A stretch of 64,000 nt of DNA, from sequence record LC765218.1, one strand, 5' to 3'. The notes under the pieces are model-generated. The model did no database searches, had not been told where the DNA came from, and worked only from the letters and a program-made list of their open reading frames with translations. The stretch's first letter is position 1. Each line of letters opens with the position of its first letter. A program made the position numbers and the translations under genes. This document shows positions 59,364-64,000 of this stretch, in pieces.

Positions 59364-59743
59364 GAGACGTTATTATTGTCGGATCAGGTGACCTAGGGCG
59401 CGCCTCAGCACTTGCTCTAATTGGTTCCATGGCGCTTAAAGCAATCGTGGATATTCCAATTAATGAAACTTACCCACAATATCTAACTGCTGCTGATGAG
59501 GATGACCTTGATAACGTTCAAGGTCATCCCACTTGCTATGGTTGGCGACAATGTCGAAAAATGAACCAGCGTGATAAAGCCTGGGATATTTATTGCTTTT
59601 TCTTAACTGCCTATAAAAATGCCACTACAAAGAAAATGAAACAAAAAGCAATAACGGAGTTTAAACGTAATATGCGTCGTAATGGTGGTAGGCATTTCCC
59701 AACCAGTCGTATGCATGAATATATTGTTTCCGCATTAAAATAA
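59360..59743 (+). CDS. hypothetical protein (paralog of 58974-59363)
   Basis: GTGA coupling; shared C-terminal pattern. Confidence 0.7.
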   Translation: MRDVIIVGSGDLGRASALALIGSMALKAIVDIPINETYPQYLTAADEDDLDNVQGHPTCYGWRQCRKMNQRDKAWDIYCFFLTAYKNATTKKMKQKAITEFKRNMRRNGGRHFPTSRMHEYIVSALK

Positions 59744-59789
59744 TCCCAGCTCAAGCTGGGTACTATAACGAGCTATCGAGGACTCAGCT

Positions 59790-60140
59790 ATGCAAACACA
59801 CATTGATTTATTCACAGTGTACAGAGGGAAGTTAAATTCTCTCTTTACCGAAGAAGTGGACCTCACTCTACAACAAGCAATTACACGAGTAGAAATCCTT
59901 TCTGATAATAAAACTACAGATGAGTTTAAATGGTCTATTAGTCGGTCAAAAAACATAGATGGTTTGGTTGACACTATTTTTATTGTTCCGCGTGATCAGC
60001 AAGGCATTGTCGTTGCTTATATTGAACTTCAGTATGGTTCTAACCATTTTGAAACCTTTGTAAGTCCAAGCTATCGAACACGGTTCATTTCCGTAACATT
60101 CGATCTGGAGGTTGATAATGGAATTAACTATACCGCTTAG
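59790..60140 (+). CDS. hypothetical protein
   Basis: 116 aa, GAGGA RBS. Confidence 0.75.
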   Translation: MQTHIDLFTVYRGKLNSLFTEEVDLTLQQAITRVEILSDNKTTDEFKWSISRSKNIDGLVDTIFIVPRDQQGIVVAYIELQYGSNHFETFVSPSYRTRFISVTFDLEVDNGINYTA

Positions 60141-60450
60141 TTTAGACAATAACTTCGAACATGTTATTTTTAAATACGGTGACCTGACAGATTGTATCTC
60201 TATACTTGACCGTAAAGGTAGGATCGACAATACGTATTCTATCACGGTTGAGATGGATGACCTGTTTGACAACGAATGGTTAGTGACGATTCAATCTAAA
60301 CCAAACTGCCGACGCTTCTTAAAATTCAAACGGTATTGGTTTAGATATAATTCAGCAACAGGTCGTTTTGCTGGAGATCCATTCTTCATAGCCGGTTTAA
60401 GAAAACGCTTTATTCATATAAAAACACCATCTGGCATATCGCTTCCCTAA
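60118..60450 (+). CDS. hypothetical protein
   Basis: ATG 60118 with GGAGG RBS. Confidence 0.75.
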   Translation: MELTIPLSLDNNFEHVIFKYGDLTDCISILDRKGRIDNTYSITVEMDDLFDNEWLVTIQSKPNCRRFLKFKRYWFRYNSATGRFAGDPFFIAGLRKRFIHIKTPSGISLP

Positions 60451-60478
60451 GGGGAGGCTTTATGCCTTTTTTTATTTT
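60433..60478 (+). terminator. terminator
   Basis: GCATATCGCTTCCC-TAAG-GGGAGGCTTTATGC followed by T tract. Confidence 0.75.
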
Positions 60479-60516
60479 CCTAACCAATCCTGTAGATTAT
60501 TACAATCTGAGGATAT

Positions 60517-60912
60517 ATGAGTACTCGATTAAACTCTGTTTTTGTTGACCTTGAATACTACTTCCGTGGAACTTACTCTGAACGTTTTAAGTCACTTCGC
60601 AAGAATGGCATTGAAGCGTTAGAATTCACTGATGTAGATATAGAAAGGATTATCAACGGTGATACACAAAAAGATGCCGATACACTAAAGTTCTATAAAG
60701 AGACATGGCTAGAGAAACCAAGACATGTCTGCTTTACCATCTTCGAAAAACAAAGAAACCGTGTCTTAGTCGAACTGCATGTAGAGCTCGATAAGAAACG
60801 TATATATTGGAAGAAACCTATTACACGTTGGAACATGCCTAACTTTAAGCTTCGGCTTAAGATAATACAGGATACATCCAAACGTAACTGGTCCGGATCG
60901 GAGCAACTGTAA
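60517..60912 (+). CDS. hypothetical protein
   Basis: 131 aa, GAGGA RBS. Confidence 0.75.
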   Translation: MSTRLNSVFVDLEYYFRGTYSERFKSLRKNGIEALEFTDVDIERIINGDTQKDADTLKFYKETWLEKPRHVCFTIFEKQRNRVLVELHVELDKKRIYWKKPITRWNMPNFKLRLKIIQDTSKRNWSGSEQL

Positions 60913-61337
60913 TGTCAGCGCAACGTGTTATTATCCCAATGTACCATGGTGTAAAAGGGGATTTAAAACAGTTCTTTTATTCACGCGATGGAAACCTGAA
61001 ACTAACTGAGGTGTTTTGGCTAGTACCAGTAGCTGTCTTCACTCCAGATGGATTAAACGTTTTCGAATTCAAGACAATACCTACAACTGCTCGATACGAA
61101 AACAATCTTACGTTCGAGGTTTGGGATAAGCTTCGTAATAGTACGCCTAAACTTGTAGCTACTGTAAAAATCGACACCATTGCAGATACTTATGTTGTTG
61201 AAGTTTCTGAGCGATATATGAAAAACCGTTTCACGATGGAATTCAATTTAATTATCGCAAATCGAGAACCTGATCCAGCTCTGCTGTATCGGAACAATAC
61301 CCATCATGGCGACATTCACTATAAAGGTAAACTTTAA
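60912..61337 (+). CDS. hypothetical protein
   Basis: 141 aa, TAATG coupling. Confidence 0.75.
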   Translation: MSAQRVIIPMYHGVKGDLKQFFYSRDGNLKLTEVFWLVPVAVFTPDGLNVFEFKTIPTTARYENNLTFEVWDKLRNSTPKLVATVKIDTIADTYVVEVSERYMKNRFTMEFNLIIANREPDPALLYRNNTHHGDIHYKGKL

Positions 61338-61501
61338 TGGGTGATAAGAGTGAACGTATAGCTCTATTAGAGCAGCGTTTAGACGATATGGCGATCCAGT
61401 TTGAATCTATAGTAAAAATGCTAAGTGAATCAAGACGGATCATCGAACGCCAGCAGACAGCATTGGCTAGTTTGCAACGTAAAGTTAATCGCAAGTCCTA
61501 G
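61337..61501 (+). CDS. small coiled-coil protein (54 aa; not in ORF track)
   Basis: MGDKSERIALLEQRLDDMAIQFESIVKMLSESRRIIERQQTALASLQRKVNRKS; TAATG coupling, AAGGT RBS. Confidence 0.7.
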   Translation: MGDKSERIALLEQRLDDMAIQFESIVKMLSESRRIIERQQTALASLQRKVNRKS

Positions 61502-61509
61502 GAGAGCAT

Positions 61510-62010
61510 ATGTCCGTAAACATTCATCAATTCTCGCACGGCCTATCGTTCTGCACTGCTGTTATTCAGTATCACAAACTCGTGACATTCATACAACAGC
61601 ATACAGAATCTAATTCACTCTCCATCGAGAAAGGGTCAAGTCTATATACGCAGTTTATTGAATGGTTCAATAATAACTGCGAGTGGATTCCATCAGCTGC
61701 AAAGTCGGATCCAGAACTAATTCGTTTTATGGTATCCGCCGATGTTTCTGGTTATGATGACCCTAGATCCATTGTTTACGAAACAACAAGTCAGCTCTAT
61801 GGAATAAATGGTAGGGGTCTTCTGACTGAACATGCTATAAATTCAATGGTTGAAAACGTTAAAGAATATTTCGAGAGTAACAACTCTAATGTCATATTTG
61901 GAGACGAGAATACATTCATTGAACTTATTACAGATGGGACACCCAATGGAACTAAGATGTATTCCATTGTCTTCATCGACGTTAATGAGGCTACCCCAAA
62001 GAAAGAATAA
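61510..62010 (+). CDS. hypothetical protein
   Basis: 166 aa, AGGAG RBS. Confidence 0.75.
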   Translation: MSVNIHQFSHGLSFCTAVIQYHKLVTFIQQHTESNSLSIEKGSSLYTQFIEWFNNNCEWIPSAAKSDPELIRFMVSADVSGYDDPRSIVYETTSQLYGINGRGLLTEHAINSMVENVKEYFESNNSNVIFGDENTFIELITDGTPNGTKMYSIVFIDVNEATPKKE

Positions 62011-62062
62011 GATACGCTGTAGTGTATTATATTCTGACCTAACAACCAAAGGTACCAACGTG

Positions 62063-62428
62063 ATGCAATGTTTTACACACGTAATGCGGCTAATGGTTGT
62101 AGCTGGAATCTTAATGGTTCCACTGCAAGCTGAAGCTACAGAGGTGCGTGTCGATGAGGTTTATTGTGAAGCACTAGCACTAGCTGCTCATGCTACAGCA
62201 GAAGCCCGCGGCCGTTCTGAACCCATTGCAAAATGGAAACAGAACCTCCTTGCCCTAAAGGGATACGGTGTGAAGGACAAAGATAACGTTCTTTACAAAA
62301 TCCTGCCCAAAGCTATTCAAGACGTCCGTGGTATATACGACGCTAAGGATAGTCCGCGAGACGCATACATGGCATCGTTTGATTCATGCATGTCTGAAGA
62401 TTACGGCAAAATGGTCGTGATTAGGTAA
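62063..62428 (+). CDS. secreted/periplasmic helical protein
   Basis: Signal peptide MRLMVVAGILMVPLQAEA, Cys pair; start refined (AAGGT RBS). Confidence 0.7.
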   Translation: MQCFTHVMRLMVVAGILMVPLQAEATEVRVDEVYCEALALAAHATAEARGRSEPIAKWKQNLLALKGYGVKDKDNVLYKILPKAIQDVRGIYDAKDSPRDAYMASFDSCMSEDYGKMVVIR

Positions 62429-62439
62429 TGGTACATTTG

Positions 62440-62480
62440 GCCCTCCCTTCGGGGAGGGCTATATGTCGTTTTTTATTTTA
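62440..62480 (+). terminator. terminator
   Basis: GCCCTCCC-TTCG-GGGAGGGC-TATATGT followed by T tract. Confidence 0.8.
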
Positions 62481-62505
62481 CTTACGCTAAAAAATATCTC
62501 AGATC

Positions 62506-62513
62506 TACATCAT
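62506..62513 (+). promoter_or_regulatory. early promoter variant TACATCAT
   Basis: CTCAGATCTACAT context identical to the 55213 site. Confidence 0.5.
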
Positions 62514-62550
62514 GTGTTTGATCCCCCTACACACCCAACGAGGAAAATCA

Positions 62551-63066
62551 ATGTCTTTTATATCTGCGGAATCTTTCACTAATTGGAAGTTCTATAAGGA
62601 ATTGAGAAAACAGCATCGCAAACATTTACAACTGTGTCGCCACCGAGCAATTTTGTTCTTTGGCGATGTAATAGGTAGACCCAGGTTGCATATTGATGGT
62701 ATTTTATTCAAAGATCTATTTGTCATTCCAGATGTCTTCGTTGTCAGTGGTGGTGACGAGGATTCATTCGATCATCGACTGGAAGAACTGGACAAAGAAA
62801 TATGTGTGATCATGAACAATGTCTTCGTACAGCTTGAAGCGGAAGCTATCAACGATTACTACAAAAGTTCTTCACGAGGTGTTACTATTCGTCCTAATGG
62901 AGAAACTCCAGTAAAAGACGATGTTGTTATTGGTGAAGGGAAAATTTATATCTGTGATGGCAATGGCAATCTAAACTTACTTTCGAACGAACCTGGTGTA
63001 GTCTATGCATCGACAACTCCATGGTATCTTAAGCCATGGAATTTCATAAAGAACATGTTCCGTTGA
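62551..63066 (+). CDS. hypothetical protein
   Basis: Start refined to 62551 (GAGGA RBS). Confidence 0.75.
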   Translation: MSFISAESFTNWKFYKELRKQHRKHLQLCRHRAILFFGDVIGRPRLHIDGILFKDLFVIPDVFVVSGGDEDSFDHRLEELDKEICVIMNNVFVQLEAEAINDYYKSSSRGVTIRPNGETPVKDDVVIGEGKIYICDGNGNLNLLSNEPGVVYASTTPWYLKPWNFIKNMFR

Positions 63067-63073
63067 GGTAATC

Positions 63074-63505
63074 ATGTATCCATTCCAGAAACCCAATGAG
63101 CTGCAACCACGTCATGAACTTGATGGTGATGTTATTACCAATCGTTGGGTTCCGGGTGTAGCACCGCGTACTTTAAAAGAACTCAAAGAAGTACATGCTA
63201 ACCTTCCCAAAGGTGATCTTAGTGCTCTCGATGAATTCAGCCGATCGGTTAGTCAATCCATCGATGCTTATCTCATTGAAGATAGCGATGAGTCTAATGC
63301 AGCTGTAAAGAAAATAATCTCGGAATCCAAGACATGGAACATTAGTGTCTATACGGGTACCCAGATCCATCACATACTCACGGCCAATCCCAAAATGGCA
63401 AATGGTCCTGAAGATGTAGGTTACTTCAAGAAATACCGTGATCACATGTCTTCTCTCAATAAAGAAAAGAAACTGATCACTTCTATCACTGAACGATTCC
63501 TTTAA
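63074..63505 (+). CDS. hypothetical protein
   Basis: 143 aa, GAGGT RBS. Confidence 0.75.
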   Translation: MYPFQKPNELQPRHELDGDVITNRWVPGVAPRTLKELKEVHANLPKGDLSALDEFSRSVSQSIDAYLIEDSDESNAAVKKIISESKTWNISVYTGTQIHHILTANPKMANGPEDVGYFKKYRDHMSSLNKEKKLITSITERFL

Positions 63506-63519
63506 TCTGGAGACTCAAA

Positions 63520-64000
63520 ATGATCAAACTCACTTCTGCACTGAATCAAAAACTGGTTGAAGCATACTACAACTGGAATGCAGATAACAACATGTACCGC
63601 TTCGACTGTGTTATCGATGTAGGTTATCTGGCAGAACCGCTTCGTAAAATCATGATGCGTTCGAAAGATTTCAATGCCACTAATGGTACCATCGTTCTCA
63701 ATCTGTCGGTAAATGCGTGCCGCCACATTGATTATTCGGGTGATTGCTTCTATGGTGAAATTGCTTTCTCGGGTATGCCTACTCGTTTGCATCTGCCATG
63801 GCATTCTTTCATTGGTGTGAATGTGCAGATCTCTGAGAATGCAAGTGTGTTCTCTTCGTTCCCTAATGTCGATCGGATTTTGTTTGATGCCGAGAATCCG
63901 ACGTATGTTCATCCCTTCCGCGATATTGCTAATGGTGCGCCTGGTACCGTCAGCATTGATATCGTAGATGTAATGGCATGGCTGGCAGAGAAGGGAATCA
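63520..64000 (+). CDS. sspB: SspB-like ClpXP adaptor homolog, 3' end outside window (not in ORF track)
   Basis: GGAG RBS; LVEAYYNWNADN and NGTIVLNLS..A...I....G.IAFSGMPTRLHLPW match the recalled SspB pattern LLRAFYEWLLDN and DGQIVLNIA..A...L....ARFGGIPRQVSVPL. Confidence 0.75.
   Translation, partial: MIKLTSALNQKLVEAYYNWNADNNMYRFDCVIDVGYLAEPLRKIMMRSKDFNATNGTIVLNLSVNACRHIDYSGDCFYGEIAFSGMPTRLHLPWHSFIGVNVQISENASVFSSFPNVDRILFDAENPTYVHPFRDIANGAPGTVSIDIVDVMAWLAEKGI

Noticed and set aside
59360-59420. Rossmann-like VIIVGSGDLG motif
   Set aside because: The protein is only 127 aa and the remainder matches its upstream paralog, so no full dinucleotide-binding fold is possible.
59790-61337. Four similarly sized genes as a paralog array
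   Set aside because: No shared motif was visible by eye.

Overview
This window is part of a phiKZ/SPN3US-like jumbo phage genome (standard genetic code). It holds a conserved core block: a 5'-truncated SbcC/Rad50 ATPase, prohead protease, virion RNA polymerase subunits, a gp181-like tail lytic transglycosylase, a gp182-like tail protein, thymidylate kinase, an SF2 helicase with a class 3 intein, a tail-fibre-like protein and four paralogous virion proteins. Accessory early operons follow, with TATATTAC promoters, a CX5R phosphatase, an AAA ATPase, a QueC-like protein, a SLOG/DprA-like protein, dCTP deaminase, an NAD-dependent ligase and many small hypothetical genes. More than 20 related hairpin terminators punctuate the window. 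The best lead is 28891-29472: a Tad1-like immune-signal sponge fused to an acidic propeptide with prohead-protease-type S-x-E sites, at the end of the late tail operon. This suggests an anti-Thoeris/CBASS protein delivered by the virion. Other leads are an SspB-like ClpXP adaptor missed by the ORF track (63520 onward), an ORF-free structured RNA carrying group I intron R/S-like elements in reversed order (about 42500-42680), an RBS-sequestering leader switch (5134-5238) and a bL12-like domain. All family assignments come from motif recognition and recalled reference sequences; no database searches were run.
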